From Yuukianura sp. NJ FZ-2021 (taxonomy: Eukaryota), in the NCBI GenBank assembly GCA_046563655.1, contig CM102289.1:7750001-7814000 (forward strand): a stretch of DNA of 64,000 bases. Direction: 5' to 3'. Both the position numbers and the translations under genes were made by a program. Shown in pieces: positions 27,201 to 38,589 of this stretch (within the stretch, counting starts at the first letter, position 1; each line of letters opens with the position of its first letter). The notes below the pieces were generated by a model, which was not told the origin of the DNA, did no database searches, and was given only the letters and a program-made list of their open reading frames with translations.

Positions 27201-30200
27201 TTGAGTAAAAAGAAAAGATAAAAAGTAAAACTGAATTCCGGGATGAATTCTCATAAAACAAGTCAAAAAACAAAAGAAATGGAAATGCAAGATCCGCATC
27301 TCTGGGATTAAATTCGCAAAGCGAAGTTTATTATCCGTATTGTATCGAACACAACATTCCTTTGATCATAAAAATCCAAAAGGAGTTCGCTTTCTCCCCA
27401 CTTTTGAAAACAAGAAAGTTTGTAAAGCATAGGAGAGAAAACAGGAAAAAGAAAGTACAGTGTGAGATATACAGAAATATTTATTGAGTCAATTTGTGAA
27501 ACTGTTTTGTTGTGTACCAGTAGTTGTATAAGAAAGGAAGAAACGCAGGGTAATTTAATCCATTGTTATGACATGTTATAGGATATGAATACACGAAAAA
27601 AAGGAAATGTAGACTTTGGCTCAGATCAAGAACATCTCCAAGCCAAACAGAAACCTCCGCCTCCGTTTCCGGTCGTTTCAGCATCGGGATTTTGTTGTAC
27701 AGCTAGTTTTTTGGCGGTTTTGCAAATCCTTCCATTTTCCGTTTCCAAGTACTTGTTTACTATCCAAAAAACTATCCTGTTTATCTTCTCACTTTCTTTC
27801 AGAAAAGACTTCAAGTTCAAAGAGAAAGTAGATACGGAAATGTCGATTAGGACGAATGACAACTCACCAAAAAAGAGACTGGAAATGACTTGATCTGACT
27901 GAAGGACCTCCGACCTCTGGAAGCCTCTTGGGCGACTACTTTTTACTTCTGCTTTCTCTCACTTACATTCTGAAGCACCCCTTTCAATTTATTTCAATGT
28001 TCAGAGAGGAAGACAATTCCATAAATCTTCCACTTTCCAAAGGGATTGAGATGACAATGGAATTTAGGCATTTAGTTTCTCCCCCCACCCAAACCATTTC
28101 CAATGGAAAAATCCAAAACTGGAACCACCACGGGCAAAAAAATGCTTGCTTCGCCTCGTTTCCGTTTTATGCGCTTTTTCTCCCTCCTCCTGAAAAATGC
28201 ATCCCAGTTGCCAACTTTTTTTTCCCGTCATGCTGTCAAGGCTCTCGATTTTTATCAAAAAACGAAAACCGTGAAGCAGTAGCACTCGTACAAAGTTAAG
28301 AAAAACAGGAATTGTTTTAACTTTTTAAAATTTTTAGTAAAATGTTGGAAATTTAATTAAAAGAAAAGTTTATCATTTCCAGTATTGTGAAATAATAAAC
28401 AGTGATTGCAGCCGATGGACGGACAGACAGACACGGTGAATACACAAAGTAGCTCAAATGTTTATCATATTGTTTTATGAAAATTATATTTTTGGTACTA
28501 TTTTGAGTTGTAATACTGATATATGTGGACGTAGTGAGGTCAACAGCGCATGTTTTTAAGTGTTTTATGCAATTGTCAGTCAAGTGGAAGGAAATGGTCA
28601 GGGGAAGCAGAAAAATGTGTGGCCGAACAATAACACTTTGGATATGTACTTTTAGAACCGCAGGGATGACGAACTTTTACCTACTCAATTGGAAGGAGAA
28701 AGTTTTTGGTTTGAATTAGGCGGGAAATGAATTATGAGCAACGGGCGAGAGGGGTTGTGGCCTATCACTTTCATTTTTTCTCTGGCAAAAATGAGTTCTT
28801 TTTCTTTTTCTAGCATTCCATTGTGTCCAGAAATTCCAGAAGTTTTTTTTTCTTTTGGGAGAAAGCATTTTGGTATATTCTTGTAGGTTTCATTCCGCTA
28901 TGAGTAAGATTTAGTTCCGAAATGACAAATTTATTGAGACGATCCCATTACCATGAAGTAGAAACTGAAGCCAGAAGTTACTCACCCTTGTCTTATGGGC
29001 CATTGGCCAAAATATAAATTGCATTATATATTTATTTATAATTAATAATTTCCATGTTTTTCTACTTTTGGTTTAAAAAAGGTCAAAGACGTTTGGAAGT
29101 TCAAGGGCTGCAGAATGCGACAAAAGTGTTGGTGAATCGAATTGGTGAAAGTTGAATTCAAAATTCTGTTATATCAACTTTCACTTTTATATTTTTGAAC
29201 AAAGTGGTAGGCTGGTGTTGTTAGTTTCGAAAGAGTTGAAATAGGAAGCTTTTGGTTAGATTTAAGAGTAGGTTGGACAAAAAAGTAAGGTTATGTTGGG
29301 TTAAAGTTGTTTAGAACCCATCAACGCCTTCCATGATTGCATCACAAATAAAAGAAAGGAAAGATCCGAATCGGTATTTGTATTCTACTGAGGCTACCCA
29401 CTTTCAATGGAATGGATCATGGCAGGGTCACTGATTTACGCATTAGTGGCTCCACGAGCTCTTCCCCTGCTTTCACTCCAGCACAAAATACCATAAATCA
29501 GGATCCCAACGCTCATTCCACTGCATTCCCTTAACCACCCCACGAATTCCCTCTGAATCATCCCACAGCTCTACAAACTCTCGCCAAAACACCTTTGCGT
29601 TTCCAAGCACATTTGACCTTTCACTTTTTCGGATCAGGGTCAAACCACAAATTTAGAAAAGTTTGCAAAAAAAAAAACTAGAAAAATTACAAAAACGAAA
29701 ACTACCCCACACATTACTTGCAATCTAAAAAACAAAACATGAAACTCACGAAGCAGTTATGCATCATAATTTTGAGCTGGAGATTTAAATTTTTGAAAAT
29801 TTAGTACTTAATAAGGATCGAGAAAGGTTTTATATGTTTGAAACGTATGTTTGCACTCAAGTTATAGTCAGGCCTTAGGGAACTTTCTCCAGGGGGCGAA
29901 AGCGGAGAGGGTGATATTTGAGGGTCCTCATGCATGAAGAATTCATGAAATGGCTTTTCCCCCTCCATCCTCTATTCTGGATCCAGATGGATTCTGGAAC
30001 TTTTCTTTCTCTTGGTCTCTCTGGACATAGGATGATCCATGTGGAATGACAGGGATGAGAATCGGATATGTTAGTTTCAGGAATTGGCCTTGACTCAAGG
30101 GGTCATATGGGTCCTGGGGTCAGGTTAAGACCAAGCTAACGTAACCTAGGACAGAGTAAGTTTAGTTTTTTGGACATATTGGCATTGGTTGTGGTGGAGT

Positions 30201-33200
30201 TGCAACGGAGAAAGCAGAGGAAGGAGCTCAGGTGTGTCTTTAGCCCAGAACTTTCCCCGGGGATTCACTTTCTCCTTGGTTTTGCCCATTTTCAAACCAA
30301 CTTAAGGTTAGTAAAGTTCTGTACAAAACCTAAAGCTTAGGGTGGAAATTACGTCCGTGGGGACACACAGTCGCCGGAGCATGTGTCGACCATCAACGGA
30401 AATTGCCTTTTAAACCGTTTATGCACAGCAAAGCACTACTAATATTACAAAAAAAAAACGCGTTTTGTTACTGACTATAAACTTTCTGGTTTAGGTTTTT
30501 TAACTACCGATTTTCAATTTTGCAGATTTCTTGTCATTTTGCAAAATGAAAAATGCTTACGGTTATGTTTTTTTCAAAAACCAATTTTTTAGTTGCTCTA
30601 AGGCAGAAATCAATCTTGAAAGTGAATATTGATGACAAAAATTTCGTAAACCTAACGTTATAGCCTAACCTGAAGGAAGAAAAATGATGAAGAAATAAAG
30701 ATGATGAAGGAATTAGGGATTGGGCTTCCGCACCTGTCGGCCGCTCAATTTCAAATATTCAGTTACCGCTCTTTCTCTTTTCGATGGATCCACTTTTGGC
30801 AAAGTGGGTGAAAGTGAATTTTACTTTCACTAGAACCAAAAGCATATCCATGACATCCAGATTCTAAGTGAAGGGTGGAGAGGAGCACATCTTCCTAAAT
30901 GGTCTCATTTTCATACTCGGAAGCAATGCCAACCGCCTGTGTCACTCTCCATTTCAGCCCTACTTTCTCCACACACACAGTTTGAAATTTAAGCGCGGGA
31001 AAAGCAGAGAGAGAGGACGTGAGTTCTCCCTGGAGTGGATGCATATCAATTTATGAGAGGAATCAATTTATATAGCACTCTAGTGTGGTACTAAACTACA
31101 CCAAAACCTCTTCCTGCAGGGAGAGTCTCAGATGTGGGCTTTGATTGAAATACAGATTTTCAAAATCTGAAAAACGTTTTCCGAAAAAAAGCATTTTCAG
31201 GAATTTTTGAACAGTTATGTTGATCCAGGTATGCTTTATGAATACTTCATTGAATGGAATGGCGGAGGGTGAATTTTTGAAAATTTAGTTTCGATTTTGA
31301 TGAGTCAAGAAAAAGTGAAAGTTGGTTTCATTGTTACTTGTGGTGCAAATGAAGGATTTTCTCTTCTGGAATAGTTTTCCCCTGAGGGAATTGAAGTGAA
31401 GGAGGGATGGAGAGGGATCAAGTCTGCTTAGGTTGTAATCTAAACTGACCTCAGCCACACCACCACCATCAGTCGAAATTAACTAATCGAAAAGTGAACT
31501 GAGGTGAAGCAGAGATCATTTCGGATGCTGCAGGATGGACCACTAATGATAATAGTCAAAGTCCTCCCCTCGCCTTTCTCTCGAAACTTGATTAACGAAG
31601 GGGTTGATTTTCCAGAAAGAATCGAAAAGACGTGTCGTAGCCTATTCCACTTTCACTTAAAAAACGAATTCAAAAAAAAAATTCTAATTCAAAAAACTTC
31701 AAATTTGATGATATTGGTTAAACCGAAACTTATTACAGTCTCAACATAGTATTTTTTTGCAAAAACAAAAAAGTGAAAGCAAGTCGTGAAATTTTGGAAA
31801 CATTTTTTTTGTGCAGATTTTATGATTTTTATGAAAGAAAGTTACAAAAAAGACTCTGAATAGAGCTTTCACTGGAAACTGTTTTCATTAACTAATTGAT
31901 TTGGTAGAATGACGAAAGTCCGGGGATGAAGTGACATGCAAGTGAAGGTTTTCGCAGCATTGACTTGATCATTTCCTCTTACAAGTCAATGAAGCTCCGT
32001 CGAACAGATTCTATTGTTCTTTTCCCTTGTCTTGTACTTCAAGTTAGGCCAACCTACCATCACCCGCCTCCTTTCAGTCATTGTTCGCCCAGTCAGTCAT
32101 CCAAAGTCTAATTTCTCTCTGTGCTGTCTATCGCTCAGAAAGTTTTTCCATCACGTAAAGTATTTAAGCTGATATGAAGTGAAAGCCCCACACAAAACTA
32201 CACTTTATCCCTCCAACAAGCCAATTCCGATGAAAAACGAAATCAAAATCCTCAAAACTTCTATTGAGCTATGCATCTCAATTCCTCCTCAAAGTTATCT
32301 TTTTCAAAATTTGAACAAACTTTTTACCAAAACCAAAAGTGTAAGACTTTCACCAGAAGTGAGTTTCAAATTCTTTTGTTCTGGCTTTTTGCGGAAGTCG
32401 AAACAGAATCATTTGATGAAGAAGAATGGAAGTTACTGCGTCCTTCCCTGATTCATTTCTGCTTTCTTCAAAGTTCTTCTTCTGTCGTGTGTAATTGAGT
32501 ACATCATTGCTCATTTCCCCCTCAACAATGCTACAGACTGACTGCTTTTCCCCTTGTTCCAAGCCTGATTACAACTGAAAGCTTCAGGAAACATCCAAAA
32601 GGGAATGGAAAAAGAGCTGAATCGACTGAAACGGTTCGATGCTTCCGCGTCTTCCTTCGTCTGATGTCGCCAATCCACCAAATGAACTCTGAATTGGAAT
32701 CCAAGTTGCAAAAACGAGACTCGCACGAGAAATCAGATCACATTTAGATCAGGATTCCAACTTTTTGTGTGGTAAAGCGACGAGCCAAAAACTACCCGCC
32801 GCTTTTTCAAATTTTTACATAGTACTAAAACATTTAGAATCAACGTACTTTCTCTTTCAATGCCAAAAACAAGTCGAGTCAAATCAAGAGGGCTGATCAA
32901 GTTCTCAAAAGGATTTGACTTTTGGTAATGTTTTTTTGCTTAAAGCAAAAAGCACCAAAATTTGTAGATAACTCTGAGCGTCAGTTCTATTTGGCTCTTA
33001 AAAACTGTTCGTTTGGATTGGCGGGGAAGTGAAGAGGAAAGGAACGTCCAGTTTTGAAATTGGAGCAGAAGGGTTTAGTACAAAAGTAAAAGTGATATCA
33101 CTTTCACTTGTGCTTCAAATGGCGGTGGATGCATTTGAGGATGGTGGTGGTGCTGTGGTGGGTCTGGCGTGTGCCCCACTTGGTTATTTGATGATATGGA

Positions 33201-34705
33201 AAGAGTAGCAGTTGGAATTCAATGGAGAACAATGACTTTGGATCTGATTTTAAGTCGAAAGGACGGGAAGCTCTTCAGAAGTGTCTCGGCCACTTACAGC
33301 TTTGTACTTTCCCGCGGGAAATCCAATGCGTGATCTAGCCCCATTTCAACTCCAAATCTATTCCGTTTGTTCTGCAAATGCAAATCTAACTTCCAGCGAC
33401 CATGTCTCCGTTGATTTGAAAACAAGCGATTAAAAAGCCAACTATATTCGCTTAGTTTTTCTGAGATTTTTGCCAAAAACAAAATCAAAAACGGAGAAAG
33501 CACTTGTACGAAAGTGAAAAAGTTTAAAATCCAGTTTTTACGGCAAAATTCAATCGTTTTAGTTCAAATTTCTTTCAAAAAATTGCGCAACTGATGCAAC
33601 TGCGGTTGTATTTTTTTTTGTTGGCCAAAACAATTGCAGGGGCTTAGTCTGGACAGTTCCATTCGTCTTGTGGATTTATCTGAAGACGGGACAGTGAAAG
33701 CGACACCTGAGAATAGGCTCTTATCCATAACTTGTCGGCTCAACTTGATTGATAACGCTAACTACACTTTAATCCTAACAACCAAGGATCTCTTGCTTAC
33801 TTCTAACTTCTCAAAACAACTGATGTACAAGATATGAGTGAAAGCTGAGGATGAGAAACTTAGAGGGATGAGAAAGTTAAAGAAAGCACAAAGTCCGAGG
33901 AAAGTGAGAAAGTGGTTGAGCTGAGCTTAGCGTGTTTAGACATTTTTAAAGCTGGCGGGAAAGTTAAAAAAGCGCGGGAAATTTGAAAAGTAAGGATATG
34001 TTAAGGGAGAAAGCATAGGGGGATGAATTGTGAGTGAAAGTTGAACAGGTGGTGGAGGAGCAGAGGAAATGTCATCACTCCTCATTTATTTTGTACGATA
34101 AGGAGTAAGAAAGCGGCTTACGCCCAAAGTATTAAAGTGTCTTCCAACCTAACTAACCTAACAGAGAAAGTCAGGCTCAAATTGATAAAAGTCTAAGACT
34201 TTCTCTCCCTCTTTGTTAAACCTAACCGATTCCTGCTTTCTCCACGTTTGCTCTACTTTCATCGCAAAATCTAAAGCTCAGGGGGCTCAAATTCAACACT
34301 TTTCAAATTTCCCACTTTCTTTGACTTTTGGAACGAGAAACTCAATTTCAATTAACATTTTGAGGTTAAAAGTTCGTTAAACTTTCACCTTAAAGGCTAA
34401 GGTTCGCTTAATCCAGAATCTTAGAAACGAAAACTCAAACTTAGAAACCAAAAATACTCTTAACCAAAATTAACTTTCTCCGTTTTTATTTTTCTCCTTC
34501 GATTTCAAATTCTAGCCAACATTTTTTTTAAATATTCCCAAAACTGTGATTAGGCTAGGTAAGGTATTAGTGTTTTTGAAAATACAAAAGTGAAAGTAAT
34601 GAAATTTTTGTTACCTGTGAAACCGGCATTGGAGACAACTGGAGGGACGTGGTTGGTTGTGACAAAGAAGAATAACAAGATGAGGAAATTCGTGTTTCGT
34701 GCCAT
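9300..34705 (-). CDS. DIP-gamma: Dpr-interacting protein (DIP-gamma-like), three Ig domains, probable GPI anchor; 12 coding exons over about 25 kb
   Basis: Exons about 34615-34705 (signal MARNTNFLILLFFFVTT), 22782-22915 (EPDFVEKIKNVTVPAGREAILSCVVSNLGKYK), 20595-20747 (VAWIRAEDQTIL..SDRGCYM), 20334-20388 (CQINTAIMRKQLGCIDVQ), 17964-18134, 16654-16730, 16389-16443 (ASNDVPPAVSKRITLDVN), 15078-15217 (PSQLLGSPLGDTVVLEC), 14317-14465, 12603-12662, 12123-12215 and 9300-9517 (Ser-rich then hydrophobic tail). Confidence 0.85.
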
Positions 34706-36510
34706 ATTTCACCTGAAGACGAAGGGTTGTTGTGAGTTAGTAGTGTTAGGTTCGAAGCGATTTAGATTGTCGGGAAGTGATAAGCTTTAGACGCTCCGAA
34801 ATCCACTCACTTCCTCTGCAAAATGCTGTTTTTCCTTCCAGAATCTTTATGCTGGAGGAAGGAACTGTCTGTATTTGTTTATGCAAAAGAGTCTTTAGAC
34901 TTCTGGATCACCACTTCCTCCTCCCCTAACGTGATTCAATTCAAGCGTTGCCAATTGACTTCACAAAAAAACTTCCTTAGCGATTTGTGAACTTTCAAAT
35001 TCAAAAAATCACTTCTGACTTTCTCCAAAGTTTAATAATTTTCAATTTTAAACGCTTTAAGTTCAGCGTTATTTCCAAAAAGAAAAGTCAACCTTCCCTA
35101 GTCGCAATTGAAATTTTAAATACAGTGTTTAGAAAATCTGTGTAAAGTGGTATGAAAAATTCTAAAATTTTGAAACCGAAAAATGTATGAAAACGAATTT
35201 GAAATTTTTTTTTTGTACTTTGAAGATAACAATAGCTGTTCAAGAGCTGGAGAGGAAATGGAACCACGAAAAAAGTTTGTTCAAAGTGAAACTTTTTAGT
35301 TTTCCCTCCACTTTCAAGGGGGTTGAAACTGTCGCCTGGAGGGAATTAGGCAGTGGACTGTGTGAAGCTATTTCTCAATCAATTTAAAACTCCTTTGTCC
35401 CCTTTCAACTTGTCGGAGATACTGACAAAATGCCCGCGTTACTACAAAATACCCGCGTTTCGTAGATTCTACCCGCTTTTCCAAAAATTCCAAATGTAAA
35501 AAGAGTCCTGCCTCCAGGAAATGTGAGAATTAGACCACAACCGATAACTTTTTCGACTCTTTTGTTCTTCTACACTGAGATCTGAGTTGTAACTGACGAT
35601 GTTGGGGCTACTTCGGAGTTCAAATGGCAGGAAAAGTGGAATTGCGGATATTGCTTTGGATGTTGGAGCCAAAGTGCTGAAGTAGGAACTGAACGTAGTG
35701 GAAAGATCCTTGTTGATGGAACATTAGTTGGATGCTGCTGGATGTTGGAGAGTATGCGTTTGGGGCTAACCTAAAACCTAACGTTGGAAAGCATACGATC
35801 GTGCTTTCTCCGTTTTTTTTTCTTGGCGGGTGAGAAAGTGTGGGGGAGAGAAAGCAACCCCCGCCAAAGTCCTCATCTTCCTTCCGAAGAAGATCAAGAA
35901 ATGAAATATGTCACAAATATCTCCCGGGTCTTTTTTCGGGGAGAAAGTAAAACCAAAGGAATCTCACCAAAATTATTGCAATGGAATTCGGGAGACTCAT
36001 TCTCGTTTCGGGAGCAATACAGCACTGCAGTTGCGGCAACCGGAATGACTCACATTTACTTTCTCTACATCTCAATTTTGAACAAAATTTTGAAAAAAAA
36101 AAATTACAAGTTTTTTGAAACTTCGGGTTCAATTGTGCCAGCATGTTCTGAAGTTGTAGAAATTTCAAACATTCCTTCTTAGATTTGATCCAACTTGGTA
36201 ACTCTTCGGCAAAATTTTGAACTTTAATCAAAAGACCACAAACAACTAATTGAAAATTTGAAATTTCGCCTCGTGCTAGCAGATTAGCTGTAAAAATGAC
36301 GTGCAACTAGGAGTCAGCAGGCACAAATTTGGTTTTCCGGGTTGATTATTTCCCTTAATTAATTTATCACTAACCTAAACTACTTGCACAGGTATGGAAA
36401 ACCTTAACATATACCGCAGACAGGTCACCTGATTTTCTTAATCACAAAAGTTTTAATTTCTACCACAAAATAGACCGCTTTTCGAATACCGAGATCTAAT
36501 ATTTTGTTGT

Positions 36511-36516
36511 TATAAA
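36511..36516 (+). promoter_or_regulatory. TATA box of EF-hand gene 1
   Basis: TATAAA about 94 bp upstream of ATG 36605, followed by an Inr-like TCATTT near 36532. Confidence 0.6.
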
Positions 36517-36604
36517 TACTCCCATTCTGTTTCATTTCAAACCACTTCAAACTTTGTTTTCAATTTTTCGTAAGTTCTTTTTCTGAAAATCCACCAAATT
36601 CAAA

Positions 36605-37114
36605 ATGGCAACACGAGACATGTCAATTCCCTACACGGAAGAGGAGATCCAGGACATTATTGACGTTAGCAAGACCTACCCAACGTACGATGGACACTCC
36701 ATCAGTCACAAGGACTTTGGACCATTGTGTGAGTTCATGCGCTGGCCACGATCCAAGGCCCAATTGGACGCCTTCAGCGAGTACTACGAGAAGCACTTGG
36801 GTGGACGTCTTGGACTGGAGGAAATGAAGCAACTTATGCGAGATCAACGCTCACCACAAACCCATGCTGGCTGGTACGCCAACAAGTTTGACCTCAACAA
36901 GAACGGATACATTGACAAGGAAGAGTTCGATGCTGTCTATGCTTTGATGTCCGTACAATGGCCAGCCATTGCTGGAAAGAGCTACGAAGACTTTGTTAAC
37001 GAAGCTGATACGAACAAGGACGGAAAAGTTGACATTCAAGAACTCATCAACTGGCTTGCTTCGGTCCACAAACCGTGTTCGAAGCCCTGCTGCCCGAAAA
37101 GCGCATGCGCTTAA
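36605..37114 (+). CDS. Intronless calmodulin-like EF-hand protein, 169 aa, with Cys-rich C-terminal tail
   Basis: Canonical loops DLNKNGYIDKEE and DTNKDGKVDIQE; degenerate N-lobe. AAAATGG start context; AATAAA at 37182-37187. Confidence 0.9.
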   Translation: MATRDMSIPYTEEEIQDIIDVSKTYPTYDGHSISHKDFGPLCEFMRWPRSKAQLDAFSEYYEKHLGGRLGLEEMKQLMRDQRSPQTHAGWYANKFDLNKNGYIDKEEFDAVYALMSVQWPAIAGKSYEDFVNEADTNKDGKVDIQELINWLASVHKPCSKPCCPKSACA

Positions 37115-37535
37115 AGCAAGTAATGTCATGAAAAAGTTCATTCAAAATTACATTGAGGAAATGTAGACAATTGGCAAACTAAATAAAACTGAATCTGGAA
37201 CCTCTGATTTATTACGCGGTCTGGCAAGTTCTTTTAGTCAAAGTCGTAATTGCTCAAAACATGATCTGAAAACTAGAAAAATGTTGGAAAATGTTCAATT
37301 TTTTTAAAAGAAGAAGAAACAAATAGCAAAAAGTCAACTACGGCCAGTAGTTTCTGAAATAATTGACGCTGCGGATGAAATGGACAGTCAGATATTCAGC
37401 CAAGGTCAAACGTTAAACCTGCATTCGCTCCTTAATTTACTTAATTAAACTAATTAAAATGTTTTCAATTATGGAAGTAGTCGACTTTGATAGCTTGAAC
37501 CTGTTTGATTTTTAAAAATTAGGCCAAACTGTAGG

Positions 37536-37543
37536 TATATAAA
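37536..37543 (+). promoter_or_regulatory. TATA box of EF-hand gene 2
   Basis: TATATAAA about 90 bp upstream of ATG 37626, at the same spacing as in the paralog. Confidence 0.6.
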
Positions 37544-37625
37544 CCCCTAAAACATAGTTTAGTCCAATTTCAAACGCAATCTTCAAAAATCTTTGCTACT
37601 CAATAAGTTGAAGAGATAAAGGAAA

Positions 37626-38096
37626 ATGGCGGGCCGTGACATGTCTGTCCAGTACACCGAAGAAGAAATTGAGTCTATCATTGAGGCTTGTAGAAAATTT
37701 CCAAGTTGTGACGGAAAGTCGTTCAGTACTTCTGATTTTGATCTGGTAGCTCCCATCATGCGCTGGGATCGTACACAGGCGCAAGTAGATGCTTTTCGGA
37801 GGTACTGGCAAAAGTACTTGGGAGGACGCCTTGGGCTGGAAGAGTTTAAGCAACTTCTGCGTGACACGACTTGTCCCAGTGCCCATGCTGGTTGGTTTGC
37901 TCGAAAAGGTGACCTCAACGGAGATGGAACTATTAGTAAAGACGAGTTCGAGGCCATCTACGAACTCATGTCTGTCCAATGGTCAAAAACTACTGGAAAG
38001 ACTTTCGAAGACTTCGTGAGGGAAGCAGACACAAACAAGGACGGACGCGTTGACATTGCTGAATTTACGGCTTGGTTGGCCAAAAATAGTAAATGA
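37626..38096 (+). CDS. Intronless calmodulin-like EF-hand protein, 156 aa, tandem paralog of 36605-37114
   Basis: Loops DLNGDGTISKDE and DTNKDGRVDIAE. Shares RDMS.YTEEEI, MRW.R..AQ.DAF, LGGRLGLEE, HAGW.A.K and MSVQW with the paralog. AATAAA at 38160-38165. Confidence 0.9.
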   Translation: MAGRDMSVQYTEEEIESIIEACRKFPSCDGKSFSTSDFDLVAPIMRWDRTQAQVDAFRRYWQKYLGGRLGLEEFKQLLRDTTCPSAHAGWFARKGDLNGDGTISKDEFEAIYELMSVQWSKTTGKTFEDFVREADTNKDGRVDIAEFTAWLAKNSK

Positions 38097-38442
38097 AAAA
38101 AAAAAACTTTTTTCGTTTCCAAATTTTCTATTTTGTTTCTTCGGCAGCTAGATGAGCTTAATAAACTATATAATAGATTTTTCTGTAATTTCAAACCCTT
38201 TGCTTTTGTAAACAAGGAACAAAGTTTCATACCTTGATTTGGAAAAAAGGTTTTGATTTAAATAGTTCGACAACAACGAAATTTTGCTTACAATTCCATC
38301 TTACAATTAGTAGATTTCTCAACCTCAGATACAGACTTTGTTTAATTAATTCCTGCTTGCCTTGTTAGTTAACCAACAAATTTAACTTACATTTGCGGTG
38401 GAATTCGTCAATTACGGCACCGCAACTACTTGAAAATTTGCA

Positions 38443-38589
38443 ATGGCCTCCGTACAATGGCCAGCAGTTACTGGGAAGAGCTACGAAGACTTTGTCAAAG
38501 AAGCTGATACGAACAAGCACGGAAAAATTGACATTGAAGAACTCACTGCTTGGCTTACGTCGGTCCAAATATCGCCAGTCAAGACCTGA
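38443..38589 (+). pseudogene. 5'-truncated third copy of the EF-hand gene (last EF-hand only; 48-aa ORF)
   Basis: Translates MASVQWPAVTGKSYEDFVKEADTNKHGKIDIEELTAWLTSVQISPVKT*. DNA closely matches about 36950-37070; no recognisable upstream homologous part. Confidence 0.75.

Noticed and set aside
7600..36500. Dozens of 60-140 aa ORFs on both strands in the DIP introns and 3' region
   Set aside because: They have F/K/L-rich composition typical of AT-rich non-coding DNA, often non-ATG starts and no motifs; only those overlapping true DIP exons are coding.
36605..38096. Idea that the EF-hand proteins are photoproteins or luciferin-binding proteins
   Set aside because: Aequorin-type proteins are longer and have functional EF1, EF3 and EF4; here only two loops are canonical and I recognise no diagnostic residues.
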